IMG/VR virus record: IMGVR_UViG_3300005337_000004
Span: 1 to 60,744 of that record
Length of the DNA: 60,744 nt
Source of the DNA: a virus
Taxonomy: Duplodnaviria; Heunggongvirae; Uroviricota; Caudoviricetes
Strand: one strand, 5' to 3'
Shown: positions 34,625 to 43,511 of the stretch, piece by piece
Numbering within the stretch: the stretch's first letter is position 1
How the letters are laid out: each line of letters opens with the position of its first letter
The notes under the pieces: generated by a model
Told to the model about the DNA's origin: nothing
The model's input: the letters and a program-made list of their open reading frames with translations, nothing else
Databases searched by the model: none
Translations under genes and position numbers: made by a program

Positions 34625-34893
34625 TGAACCTCTTCCGACGCCTCGAAGCCCCGCCGAACCCGCTGCACCAGGCCTACACCGCCGCGACCGGACGAACCGT
34701 GCAGGACGCCGTCGGCGACACCACCGGCGGCACGCCGACCGGCTGGATCCCCGCACCCGAGCACCCCGAGATCTGGGCCGCGCTCGCGACCGCCGGCAAC
34801 AACCCCGGCGTCATCGACCACACCACGACCGCACTCCCCGTGCTCACCTCGCCGACGGAACCCAGCCGCGAGACCGACAACACCGACCAGTGA
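34624..34893 (+). CDS. hypothetical protein
   Basis: TGATG overlap. Confidence 0.6.
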   Translation: MNLFRRLEAPPNPLHQAYTAATGRTVQDAVGDTTGGTPTGWIPAPEHPEIWAALATAGNNPGVIDHTTTALPVLTSPTEPSRETDNTDQ

Positions 34894-34954
34894 AACCAAG
34901 GGCGCCAGAACGCCCCCGACCCGCAAGACCCAACCGCGCGAAAGGAACCCGGCC

Positions 34955-35140
34955 ATGGCGAAGAACATCGGGATCATCACCGGCGGCAACGTCGTCATCG
35001 AAGGCGACGTGAACGTCACCAGCGACGACAAGCCCTCCAAGGACACCAACGTCGGCATCATCACCACCGGCGACAGCAACGTCGTCATCAACGGCACGTT
35101 CAACGTCGGCGGCGGCAGCCAGAACGGAGAGCCGCAATGA
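34955..35140 (+). CDS. 61-aa two-repeat N/V/I/G-rich peptide (amyloid-motif-like)
   Basis: GAAAGGA RBS; NIGIITGGNVVIEGDVNV and NVGIITTGDSNVVINGTFNV. Confidence 0.7.
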   Translation: MAKNIGIITGGNVVIEGDVNVTSDDKPSKDTNVGIITTGDSNVVINGTFNVGGGSQNGEPQ

Positions 35141-35532
35141 TCGCCGAAGGCCTCCTCGCCCACCTCGTCGGCGACTACCTGCTCCAGTCCCACTGGATGG
35201 CCACCAAGAAGGTCAAGCACTGGTGGCCCGCCCTGGCCCATGGCGCCGCCTACACCCTGCCGTTCCTGATCATCACCCGCTCGCTGTGGGCGCTGCTGGT
35301 CATCGGCGGCACCCACGCCATCCTCGACCGGTACCGCGTCGCCAAATACGTGACCTGGGCCAAGAACCTGATCGGCCCCAAGTCGTTCCGCACGCCCCTG
35401 TCCGAAGCCGTCACCAACAGCGGATACGCCGCCACGGTCCCGGCCGGACTGGCAACCGCACTGCTGATCATCGCCGACAACACCGTGCACATCGCCATCA
35501 ACACCGGCGCCCTGTACTGGCTCGGCAGATAG
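35137..35532 (+). CDS. DUF3307 membrane protein
   Basis: LLAHLVGDYLLQS..MA..K; H...Y; TH..LD; IADNTVH. Confidence 0.85.
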   Translation: MIAEGLLAHLVGDYLLQSHWMATKKVKHWWPALAHGAAYTLPFLIITRSLWALLVIGGTHAILDRYRVAKYVTWAKNLIGPKSFRTPLSEAVTNSGYAATVPAGLATALLIIADNTVHIAINTGALYWLGR

Positions 35533-35591
35533 AGCCTGCAGCCGCCACAAACTCCCGGCTGTCAGCGCCGGGTCAACTGAAAGGACCCGAC

Positions 35592-35765
35592 ATGGGCCTG
35601 TTCCGCCACAACCAGGAAGTTCGCACCGCCCAGGCCGCGCTCGACGCGAACGCCGCCTACGAGCGCAAGAACGGCATCGACTGGGAGACCGACCAGTACC
35701 TGCAGCTCAACCAGAACGTCAACGACGCGTTGAAGGCCGAGAAGAAGGCCAAGAAGCGCCGCTAA
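35592..35765 (+). CDS. small hypothetical protein
   Basis: GAAAGGA RBS; 57 aa, basic tail. Confidence 0.65.
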   Translation: MGLFRHNQEVRTAQAALDANAAYERKNGIDWETDQYLQLNQNVNDALKAEKKAKKRR

Positions 35766-35822
35766 CCCACAAGCCTCCGGCCGTCACCGAACACAGCCGG
35801 ACAACCACGAAAGGACCAGACC

Positions 35823-36002
35823 ATGGCACTGCTCAAGAAGAACACCAGCGACGCCGAGGCGTACAACCAGGCCGGCGACGACGCCGCCAAGCAGGGCCGG
35901 ACCGACAGCGCCGAGATGTTCTACGACATGGCCGTCGCCGAGGCGACCGACGCCGACCGCGCGGCCCGCGGCAAGAGCCCGCGCGGCGGACGCCGCGGCT
36001 GA
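35823..36002 (+). CDS. small hypothetical protein
   Basis: GAAAGGA RBS; 59 aa. Confidence 0.65.
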   Translation: MALLKKNTSDAEAYNQAGDDAAKQGRTDSAEMFYDMAVAEATDADRAARGKSPRGGRRG

Positions 36003-36012
36003 CCCACCAACT

Positions 36013-36059
36013 CCCGGCCGCCTCAGTCCGAGGTCCCCAAGCCCACTGAGGCGGCCGGG
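36013..36059 (+). other. 15-bp perfect intergenic hairpin
   Basis: CCCGGCCGCCTCAGT-N17-ACTGAGGCGGCCGGG. Confidence 0.7.
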
Positions 36060-36086
36060 CTTCACCGCCGAAAGGAGAACCGAGCC

Positions 36087-36425
36087 ATGACTACCACCAT
36101 CACCCTCGCGCTGCTCCTCATCGGCGCATGCCTCGCCGGTTTCGGCACCCTTGCGTTCCTTGCCGCCGTTCCCGCCGCACCTGACCCCGACGGCACCAAC
36201 CCCAGCGCGCCCGATGTCGAAACGCTGCGCCTCACCTGGCTCGCGGCCCGCCATGGACGCCACGTCGCCGGACTCGGCCTCGCCATGTGGCTGGCCGCAC
36301 ACCCCGCCACCGCCGCCCCCTATACCGCGCTGCTTATCGCCGCCGGTGTTGCCTTTGCCACCTCGTACCTCACCACCCGCGCCGCCCCCGAACTCATGAA
36401 GAGGGCAGCCGCATGGACCTTGTGA
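36087..36425 (+). CDS. membrane protein
   Basis: GAAAGGAG RBS; three hydrophobic segments. Confidence 0.7.
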   Translation: MTTTITLALLLIGACLAGFGTLAFLAAVPAAPDPDGTNPSAPDVETLRLTWLAARHGRHVAGLGLAMWLAAHPATAAPYTALLIAAGVAFATSYLTTRAAPELMKRAAAWTL

Positions 36426-37462
36426 TAAATCAGGATTCTGCCGCCACCAACGAAAGCGATAAGATGCATTCGGGCTTGGGGCCAAAGAACCCGACCGTCG
36501 GGAAGGACGGCCGGGCTTTGCCGCACGCGATTGTTGGGATCGACGTGAGCGACAAGCCCCACGGTAAGGCAAAAAGGCGCGACAAGAACAGCGCGCCCAC
36601 CCTGGCCGTCCCCAAAGAAGCCATCCGCGACTCCCGCATCGGCGGGACCATCGCCCTACTTTGCGCCGCTGCCATTTCCGCACAAACCCTGTTCGCCCTC
36701 GGGCGGCTCATCGGCCTGTCCCCCTGGACCGCATGGCTGCTGCCGGCCGCGCTCGACGTCTACGCCATGACCGCAACCCGCGTCGCCTTCCAGGTGCCCG
36801 TCGGCCACACCGCCCGCGACAAGGCCATCTGGAACGCCCGCGTCGCCCTGTTCTTCACGATCTCCAGCAACTGCCTCTACCACGCCATGCACCTCGCTAA
36901 GGGGCACCACAACTGGACCGCCTCCGACTGGGCCCTCGTCGGCGTCTCGGCGCTCCCGCCGATCGTCGTGGAGCGTCTGCTGCACTTGCAGTCGATCGTG
37001 AACTCCGGCACGGTTCCGGCCGCGCCGGAAGAGGCGAGTGGAAGCCGGAAGGAGTCCGCAGCCGGAAACGGAAGCGCCGACCGGAAGCAGCGGCCGGAAG
37101 CTCCCGCTTCCACTCCCGCTTCCGTTCCGGCTTCCAGCCCGCTTCCGGTATCCGCTCCCGCCGGAAGCCCCGCCGCTTCCAGCGGAAGCAGACCGGCCGC
37201 ATCCACTGCAAGCCGGCACACCGCATCCGGACCCATCCCCATCCAGCGCGGCGAGCGACTGAAAGTCGTCCGCGACTGGATCGACAGCGCCGGCGGCGAC
37301 AAGAAGTCCGTGCCGCTGAAGGAGATCCAGGAGCGCTTCGGCGTGTCCCAGGCGACCGCCTCCCGCATGCGTGACGACGCCGCAGATCTGCCCTCCAAGC
37401 CCGCGCCGCAGCCCGAGCAGGCCGGCGACGAGGAGCCCGAACGAGCGCGGGAGGCGAGCTGA
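36413..37462 (+). CDS. DUF2637 (Spd-like) membrane protein with C-terminal HTH
   Basis: AWLLPAALDVYA, NARVAL, SNCLYH, VSALPP; C-terminal LKEIQERFGVSQATASRMR. Confidence 0.78.
   Translation: MDLVINQDSAATNESDKMHSGLGPKNPTVGKDGRALPHAIVGIDVSDKPHGKAKRRDKNSAPTLAVPKEAIRDSRIGGTIALLCAAAISAQTLFALGRLIGLSPWTAWLLPAALDVYAMTATRVAFQVPVGHTARDKAIWNARVALFFTISSNCLYHAMHLAKGHHNWTASDWALVGVSALPPIVVERLLHLQSIVNSGTVPAAPEEASGSRKESAAGNGSADRKQRPEAPASTPASVPASSPLPVSAPAGSPAASSGSRPAASTASRHTASGPIPIQRGERLKVVRDWIDSAGGDKKSVPLKEIQERFGVSQATASRMRDDAADLPSKPAPQPEQAGDEEPERAREAS
37027..37188. repeat. Cluster of 13 GGAAG/CTTCC motifs in the DUF2637 linker
   Basis: 37027, 37040, 37047, 37070, 37083, 37096, 37107, 37119, 37131, 37142, 37163, 37176, 37184; forward copies fall in all three codon phases. 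Confidence 0.85.
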
Positions 37463-39654
37463 TGACACGACACGACGCGGAGATCTTCGACGAGACCACC
37501 GAAGATTTTCGGTGGAGCAGCGGCCACGACCTGAGTCGCGTCATTCCTGGATCTGCCGCACAAAGGGGCGACGAACAGGACTTGACCTGGCCTTCTGCCG
37601 TTTTTCCCGGCCCCGGCGTGGGCTACGACGCGCTGAGTCAGCACGGTCAGCTCACTTTGAACGCGCTGCTCGCCCCCGACCTGCCGCGGCCCATGAACGC
37701 CGCCTGGACCAAGTGGCCCGGCTGGCAGTACGTGTGGCCCGGTGCGCTCGCAGGCGGCTGGTCCGGGCTCGGGTTCTGGGCGCACTCCGAGCCGCTGCAC
37801 CCGCTGTTCGCCGGCGGTTTTGGGCTGGCCGGCGCAGCCCTAATGGCGCTCGGCGCGCTCGGCATCGCCGCCAGCAACACCGGGAAGCGGGATGCGGAAG
37901 ACCACCCGGCCGACACCGCCGGAACCCGCGCTCTCATCGGTCTCGGCGGGGCTGCATGGGCCGGCGCCGCGGCTTCCGGTGCCGGGTTCTCCGGTATCGG
38001 ATGCATGCTCGCTTTCGGAAGCCTCGGCGCCGCATACCTCGGCGCAAGCGGATGGAAGCACATGCGACGCCACAACGCCATCCGCGCCGTCATCGACTAT
38101 GCATCCGCTTCCAATCCGGGACCCGGAAGCGGCATGCCGCTTCCGGTGATCCCGCCGTTTGCACTGCCGGACAACCGGATGCCGTCGAACCCCTATGAGC
38201 ACCGGTTGCGGCAGGCCGTGTCGGTACAGGGAGTCGACGACATCTGGTTCGGGCCGCCGATGAGGGTGGCCCAGGACACCTGGCAGCTGCCGTTCGAACT
38301 GGGCGAGACCTCCAAGCTGTCGCCGCAGGCCCTTGTGAAGAAGGAAGACCAGCTCGCCACCAACGCCCGCGCCCGGCGTATCGAGGTCGAACCCACCCAC
38401 GGACCCCGCGGCACCATGACCGTGTACGACGGGCCTGACCGCACAGACGAGACCTTCCCGTGGAACGGCACCCTCATTAAGAGCGTCGAGAAGCCGTTCC
38501 TCATCGCCTACGACGAAGCCAGCCGGAATACCGAAATCGACTTCACCGAGCACATTCTGCTCACCGGCCGCACGCGCTTGGGCAAGTCGGCACTTCTGCG
38601 CTACCTGCTCGTCGCCACCATCGAATGCGACATCGTCCGATTCGGCGTCGACTGCAAAGACGGCGCACCAGGCTTCGGAATGCTCGAACCGGTCTTCACC
38701 GAGCTGGCCACCGACCCGATGGACGGATGGCGCCAACAATTCGGCATCAAAGGCATTGCCGCCGTCCGCGGCCAGTGGATGCGCCGCAAAGGCATCGACA
38801 AGTGGGACCTGGCCGACGGGCCCCGCGTTGTCCAGGCCACCGACGAGCTCGCCGAGATGATCCTGCGCTACCCCGACGCCGCAGAGATTTTCAAGTCCAA
38901 CCTGTCGCTCGTTGCCGCCTCAGCCATCACCTACCTCACCGCGACACAGACCCCCTCCAAGGCTGTGTTCGGGAAGAACACCGACGGCCGCAAGCAGTTC
39001 GGCGTCCGCATCGGCTTCAAAAACGACATCGAGGCCAACACCATGGTTTTCGGTGGGCTGCCCGGCTACCGGGTGCAGGATCTGGATGCCGCCGGCAAGC
39101 TCCTCATTGCCTCGCTGGAACACCAGCGTCCTCGACGCCATAAGTCCGTATGGATGGACCGGGACCCGGCGCTTGCCCTAATGGAGCGATACGACGGGCG
39201 CCTGCCGAAGATCGATGCGATGTCATGGGAGGGCTACCTGGCCGCCTGCGAGGCTTTCGACGAGGCGTTGCGGACGGGAGCGAACCCACTGGAGACATTT
39301 GAGCCGCCGCCATCCGGTGGGGGCGGACGGCGCACCGACTCGTTTGTTGATTCGGCACAGGCAGAGGAACGACGTCGGGGCTTTCGACTGGTCACGAACT
39401 ATCCGGGTACGGACGAGCCGATTGAGATGAAGCACCTGGCGCTGTGGAACCTGCTCGGCGAGTACGGCGCTGACGGCACCACCGCCATGGAATTGGCGGC
39501 GCGCCAACTCGACGGGTTTACCTCGGAGTCGAACGTCCGTAAGCAACTGCGGGCCTGGGACGCCCGCGGTTTCATTACCTCGGTGAAGGACGGCCGGGCC
39601 GAGCGCTGGTGGCGCATCGATGTGGTCGACGAGCCAGCCCGGAAGGACGCGTGA
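37462..39654 (+). CDS. FtsK/SpoIIIE-family ATPase, TraB-like (N-terminal TM helices, C-terminal winged HTH)
   Basis: Walker A GRTRLGKS, Walker B VQATDE, ATQTPS; C-terminal ESNVRKQLRAWDARGFI. Confidence 0.85.
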   Translation: MTRHDAEIFDETTEDFRWSSGHDLSRVIPGSAAQRGDEQDLTWPSAVFPGPGVGYDALSQHGQLTLNALLAPDLPRPMNAAWTKWPGWQYVWPGALAGGWSGLGFWAHSEPLHPLFAGGFGLAGAALMALGALGIAASNTGKRDAEDHPADTAGTRALIGLGGAAWAGAAASGAGFSGIGCMLAFGSLGAAYLGASGWKHMRRHNAIRAVIDYASASNPGPGSGMPLPVIPPFALPDNRMPSNPYEHRLRQAVSVQGVDDIWFGPPMRVAQDTWQLPFELGETSKLSPQALVKKEDQLATNARARRIEVEPTHGPRGTMTVYDGPDRTDETFPWNGTLIKSVEKPFLIAYDEASRNTEIDFTEHILLTGRTRLGKSALLRYLLVATIECDIVRFGVDCKDGAPGFGMLEPVFTELATDPMDGWRQQFGIKGIAAVRGQWMRRKGIDKWDLADGPRVVQATDELAEMILRYPDAAEIFKSNLSLVAASAITYLTATQTPSKAVFGKNTDGRKQFGVRIGFKNDIEANTMVFGGLPGYRVQDLDAAGKLLIASLEHQRPRRHKSVWMDRDPALALMERYDGRLPKIDAMSWEGYLAACEAFDEALRTGANPLETFEPPPSGGGGRRTDSFVDSAQAEERRRGFRLVTNYPGTDEPIEMKHLALWNLLGEYGADGTTAMELAARQLDGFTSESNVRKQLRAWDARGFITSVKDGRAERWWRIDVVDEPARKDA
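37883..38144. repeat. Second cluster of about 11 GGAWG(C) motifs inside the TraB-like gene
   Basis: 37883, 37890, 37896, 37972, 37999, 38017, 38054, 38101, 38107, 38125, 38139 (both orientations). Confidence 0.7.
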
Positions 39655-39655
39655 G

Positions 39656-40432
39656 ATGAGCGAGACCTGCGTTGCTGCTGATTTCGGCAGTGAGTGCACC
39701 ACAAAGGCAACGATGGTTACCCCCGTGCCGTTGTGTGATGAGCACCGACTTCAGGTGGCTTTGCTAGTTGTACCGGACGTCCTGACCGCGGCTCTGCGGC
39801 ATGCGGGCAGCGACGTGAGGCCGGCGCCGCTGGCGCCGGAGGAACGAGCCGCCATTGTTGCCGGGGCACGTGCAAAGCCTGTTGGCGCGTACATGGGCGG
39901 AGTCCACGGCCCGGTCGTGTACTTCGCCGACACCGGAGCGCGCATCAAGATCGGCACCTCGACGAACCTGCGCAAGCGGATCCGATCGCTGTCTCTGCAG
40001 GACAAGGATGTGGTGCTGCTGCTCCAGGGCGGCCTGATGCTCGAGCGGGCGCTGCACGACACGTTCGCGAAGGAGCGGATTGACTCCACCGAATGGTTTG
40101 CCAAGTCCGAGCGGCTCATGAAGTTCATCGAAGGCAAGCGCGGAGAGCTCGGCGTCCAGCCGAAACAGCAACCCCAACGGCGAGCGAACAAGCCGTCCCC
40201 GACGCCGCAAACCGGCCGTGCCGGCGCGCGGTCGCTACCCGAGTGGGCGAACCTGGCGCTGCCGCTCTACCAGCAGCATGTGGCCAAGGTTGGACGCAGG
40301 CCGTCCGGGACGGAGCTGGCCAAGCTCATGGCGGACGCGGGCTACGGCGAGATCAAGGAGGCCCGCAGTCGCTACATCCGCAACGCTGCCGCAAAGCTGG
40401 CCGGTTCACCGGACGCCAAGGGGCGCGGCTGA
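39656..40432 (+). CDS. T5orf172-like GIY-YIG domain protein with C-terminal HTH
   Basis: VVYF...IKIGTSTNLRKRI...LERALH..F...EWF. Confidence 0.78.
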   Translation: MSETCVAADFGSECTTKATMVTPVPLCDEHRLQVALLVVPDVLTAALRHAGSDVRPAPLAPEERAAIVAGARAKPVGAYMGGVHGPVVYFADTGARIKIGTSTNLRKRIRSLSLQDKDVVLLLQGGLMLERALHDTFAKERIDSTEWFAKSERLMKFIEGKRGELGVQPKQQPQRRANKPSPTPQTGRAGARSLPEWANLALPLYQQHVAKVGRRPSGTELAKLMADAGYGEIKEARSRYIRNAAAKLAGSPDAKGRG

Positions 40433-41037
40433 TGCCTGCGAAGAACTGGCGCGGCAAGAGCCACCCCGGCTTGATCTGGCGCTTCGTGTTCGGCCACAAC
40501 GGGCCAACCCGCGCGCGGCTTCGAGCCGAGCTGGAGCGCAAGCTTCGCCTGTCGCTGAGCTCAGACTTCGAGGTCCCGATTCGAGACCCGGCGACGGGCC
40601 GAGTCGGGAAGCAGCGGTGGCGTATCGAACCTGACGGCAAAGTCCGTGAGGTGAAGACGCCCCCGAAGAAGAAGGGATCGGCGACGAAGCGTTCGGCGGC
40701 AAAGAAGACGACCACGAGCCGGACGGCTTCAAAACCATCGAAGCCGTCGCGCACCTCGAAGTCCGGCAGCGCGCAGCAGCGCCGCCAGCCGGCCGCAGCC
40801 CCGACGCCCCGCCGTGCCCGAGCAGAGACGATGTCGGAGCGGGTGCTGCAGAACCCCGACGGCACCTTCGCAGGCTCACGGAAACAGAAGCCGGTTACCT
40901 ACGCCCAGGCCCAGCAGGAGTACGCGAAGGCCATGCGGAACGCGCAGGCGGCGTCGAAGCGCGCCGAGGAGCTGCTCGGGTGGGACCAGCCGCGAACCCG
41001 TCGATCCACCACCAGTAGAGGAGACCGAACATCATGA
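40432..41037 (+). CDS. highly basic hypothetical protein
   Basis: K/R/S/T-rich central segment; TGATG overlap. Confidence 0.65.
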   Translation: MPAKNWRGKSHPGLIWRFVFGHNGPTRARLRAELERKLRLSLSSDFEVPIRDPATGRVGKQRWRIEPDGKVREVKTPPKKKGSATKRSAAKKTTTSRTASKPSKPSRTSKSGSAQQRRQPAAAPTPRRARAETMSERVLQNPDGTFAGSRKQKPVTYAQAQQEYAKAMRNAQAASKRAEELLGWDQPRTRRSTTSRGDRTS

Positions 41038-41384
41038 CCGCCATGACCGACTGGAACCTGTTCGCGGACGTCGCGGACATCACCGCCTGGCTGGACAACT
41101 CGAACCCGACCGGCCCGCACGAGGACGCGATGCGCGTCATGAAGCTGATGGAGGAAGCCGGCGAGGCCGCGGCGGCCTACATCGGCATGGTCGGGCAGAA
41201 TCCGCGCAAGGGGGTGACGCACACGCTCGATGAGTTGCTGAACGAGCTTGCAGACGTCGCGATCACCGCACTGTGCGCCATGCAGCACTTCACCCAGGAC
41301 GAGGCGGTGACCCGCGCGCACCTGGCCTCGAAGGTGGACGGAATCATCAAGCGTTCGGGGATCACCAAGGCCGGCGTTCACTGA
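41034..41384 (+). CDS. MazG-like nucleotide pyrophosphohydrolase
   Basis: MKLMEEAGEAAAAYIG..GQNPRKG...ELADV. Confidence 0.85.
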   Translation: MTAMTDWNLFADVADITAWLDNSNPTGPHEDAMRVMKLMEEAGEAAAAYIGMVGQNPRKGVTHTLDELLNELADVAITALCAMQHFTQDEAVTRAHLASKVDGIIKRSGITKAGVH

Positions 41385-41405
41385 CCGGCCGCTCCGCACA
41401 GCACG

Positions 41406-41437
41406 AAGGCCCGGACCGCCACACGGTCCGGGCCTTT
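41406..41437 (+). terminator. intrinsic terminator closing the transfer-like operon
   Basis: AAGGCCCGGACCG-CCACA-CGGTCCGGGCCTT-T. Confidence 0.75.
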
Positions 41438-41557
41438 ACCCGTCCTGCCCTTAAACTCGGTGAAACCGCGTAACCAGCACGGGCCGCCATCCACCACTGG
41501 CAACACGCGACTCACAACCACCGCACCCTCAGGGTAGATCAAACCGAGGAGTCCGCG

Positions 41558-42271
41558 GTGCACAACGTCCCCTCCCCGAGCGCATGCCCGGGAATCTGCA
41601 ACTCCGGCTGGCGCCGAGCCGAAACCGCCCGCCTTAACGACGCCACCCCGCACGAGTACACGCCCCGCGCCGGTGACCCCGTATGGTGCAACCCCTGCGT
41701 CCGACACCTGCACACCGAACTCGGGAACTTGCCCTACATGGTCGCCCAACTCCAACTCGAAGTGGAAAACGCCACCAACGCCGGCCACGAGCAGGTGTCC
41801 GGATCAAAAGAGCGGCCCATCCACGAACGGGAGCGGTACACCATCTGCATCGAGGACATCGACGGCGTCCTCGACTCCTGGGCGGTCCTCGTCCGCGACG
41901 AACGGAACCTGCACGTGGTCCGGCCCGCACGGCAGGGTCCGCGGATTTGCGCATCCACCACGCTGCTGGTCACCCACTTCGACTGGCTCACCGCCGAGCA
42001 TCCCGCCGCCGCAGAGTTCGGTCTCGAGGTTCGCCGCGTCCACCTGCGTGCCGCCGCACTCACCCACACCAGCGACGTCCGCCCTGAACGCTGCGACGGC
42101 GTGATCTGCCCCCGCTGCGACGTCATGGCGCTCGAGCACGAACTGGACTGGCAGGGCCGCGCCACCGGCTACATCTCCTGCCGCAACTGCGGCACCCTGC
42201 TGTCGGCGGCCGAGTACGAACGCTGGCTGAAAATGCTGGCCGCGCCACTGCGGGGACGGCTGGCCGCATGA
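41558..42271 (+). CDS. Zn-ribbon phage protein, putative late regulator
   Basis: CPGIC, WCNPC, CPRC, CRNC; position just before the late region. Confidence 0.65.
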   Translation: MHNVPSPSACPGICNSGWRRAETARLNDATPHEYTPRAGDPVWCNPCVRHLHTELGNLPYMVAQLQLEVENATNAGHEQVSGSKERPIHERERYTICIEDIDGVLDSWAVLVRDERNLHVVRPARQGPRICASTTLLVTHFDWLTAEHPAAAEFGLEVRRVHLRAAALTHTSDVRPERCDGVICPRCDVMALEHELDWQGRATGYISCRNCGTLLSAAEYERWLKMLAAPLRGRLAA

Positions 42272-42525
42272 ACGCCGACTCCATTGACCCCACCGATCCG
42301 CTGTTCCGCCCGATCAGCATCGCCGACGCCATGGCCCGCACCGGCCGTTCCCGCCGCACCATCGACCGGTGGATCCACGACGGCCGGCTGCGCACATTCC
42401 ACCTCGACAACCCGCCCGAGGATGTGCTGATCGAACGTGACGTGGTGGCGCTGGAGAAGGCTTGCCGGGATGCCCGGCGGCAAGGCAGACCGCCACGCAA
42501 CACGTCGCAGATCGCGGCGAGTTGA
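42268..42525 (+). CDS. MerR/Xis-like HTH protein
   Basis: ISIADAMARTGRSRRTIDRWIHDGRL. Confidence 0.8.
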   Translation: MNADSIDPTDPLFRPISIADAMARTGRSRRTIDRWIHDGRLRTFHLDNPPEDVLIERDVVALEKACRDARRQGRPPRNTSQIAAS

Positions 42526-42550
42526 CGCAGGTCAAAACTTTGGCGATCCT
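42522..42550 (+). promoter_or_regulatory. putative late promoter
   Basis: TTGACG-N17-GATCCT. Confidence 0.4.
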
Positions 42551-42581
42551 AGGGGCGGATCATTGCGTCCTGAAGACATCG

Positions 42582-42608
42582 AACCCGCCGCACCGTCGGC
42601 GGGTTTTT
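42582..42608 (+). terminator. terminator/attenuator at the head of the late operon
   Basis: AACCCGCCG-CACCGT-CGGCGGGTT-TTT. Confidence 0.7.
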
Positions 42609-42626
42609 GCGTTCCTGGGAGGCGCC

Positions 42627-42803
42627 ATGTTTGGGATCCTCGCCGTCATTGCTGCTGCTCTTGGTTTCCTCCTCAATGGGCTCGCGGCACACACCAACAC
42701 CTGGTTCAGCCCGATAAGCCTGGCGCTGCTGTCACTGGCGTTTCTGGGGCTGCACCTTGCCGGTTTCGGCACTGCGGTGGGTTCGTGGATCCGGCGCCCC
42801 TAA
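42627..42803 (+). CDS. small two-TM membrane protein
   Basis: GGGAGG RBS; hydrophobic 58 aa. Confidence 0.65.
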   Translation: MFGILAVIAAALGFLLNGLAAHTNTWFSPISLALLSLAFLGLHLAGFGTAVGSWIRRP

Positions 42804-42835
42804 CGCTGGAGCGCGCGCACGCCCTCGATGCGCCG

Positions 42836-43003
42836 ATGCTCGACTTCGACATCTGGCTCAACAAGCTCGTGTTCGGGCTGTGCACCGCGTGCGGCCGGGA
42901 CGCCTGGTCCGGCGTGACCGGGTGGTGGCATGACGACGGGCCTGTGCTGTGTCCCGAACGCGGCAAGCGCACGCCCGGGTTCTCGCCCGACGACCCTGAA
43001 TGA
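42836..43003 (+). CDS. small Cys-containing hypothetical protein
   Basis: CTACG...WWH...C. Confidence 0.5.
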   Translation: MLDFDIWLNKLVFGLCTACGRDAWSGVTGWWHDDGPVLCPERGKRTPGFSPDDPE

Positions 43004-43069
43004 CCGGCGCGTGATGCGCCGCTGAACGTCCGCCCCGAACGCAGGGCGGTTCTCCGTGACGGAGTTGGC

Positions 43070-43444
43070 GTGATGCCAAAGGAACAGATCAACTACCCCA
43101 GCGCGATCGAACACCCCGGCCGTATCACCACCGCCGCATCTGGCGATCCCGCCAGTAGCGGGTTGGATGGCGACGAGGCCTGGTACGAGCCGGTCGTCAA
43201 CGTGCGCTGGCACACCGCCGGTCACGACCGCGCGGGCAATGTCCAAGTCTCGCTGCAGGCGCCGATCGCAGCATGGGCCCAGATGGGCGACCGCCTTCGC
43301 GACGCAGAGCGGAACAAGACCGTGGAGTGGGAAGAGGGCTGGATGCCCGAGGCCTACTCGCCATCGCTCTCCCGCTCCGAGATCAACGGGCTCATCAAGG
43401 TTCTGCGCCGAGCGCGGGATCAGGCCTACGGCCGCGACGAATAG
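43070..43444 (+). CDS. hypothetical phage protein
   Basis: LSRSEINGLIKVLRRARDQAYGRDE. Confidence 0.75.
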   Translation: MMPKEQINYPSAIEHPGRITTAASGDPASSGLDGDEAWYEPVVNVRWHTAGHDRAGNVQVSLQAPIAAWAQMGDRLRDAERNKTVEWEEGWMPEAYSPSLSRSEINGLIKVLRRARDQAYGRDE

Positions 43445-43511
43445 ACAACACCGGCGCCGCGGCCAACCCCGCGGCGTCTTCACGATCAACACTGCGAGGA
43501 GGTCCCGCGCA

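Noticed and set aside
24988-41557. att-like direct repeats bounding the central block, and an integrase
   Set aside because: No shared direct repeat found by eye at the two candidate junctions and no recombinase motif in any ORF; a computed repeat search is needed to exclude short sites
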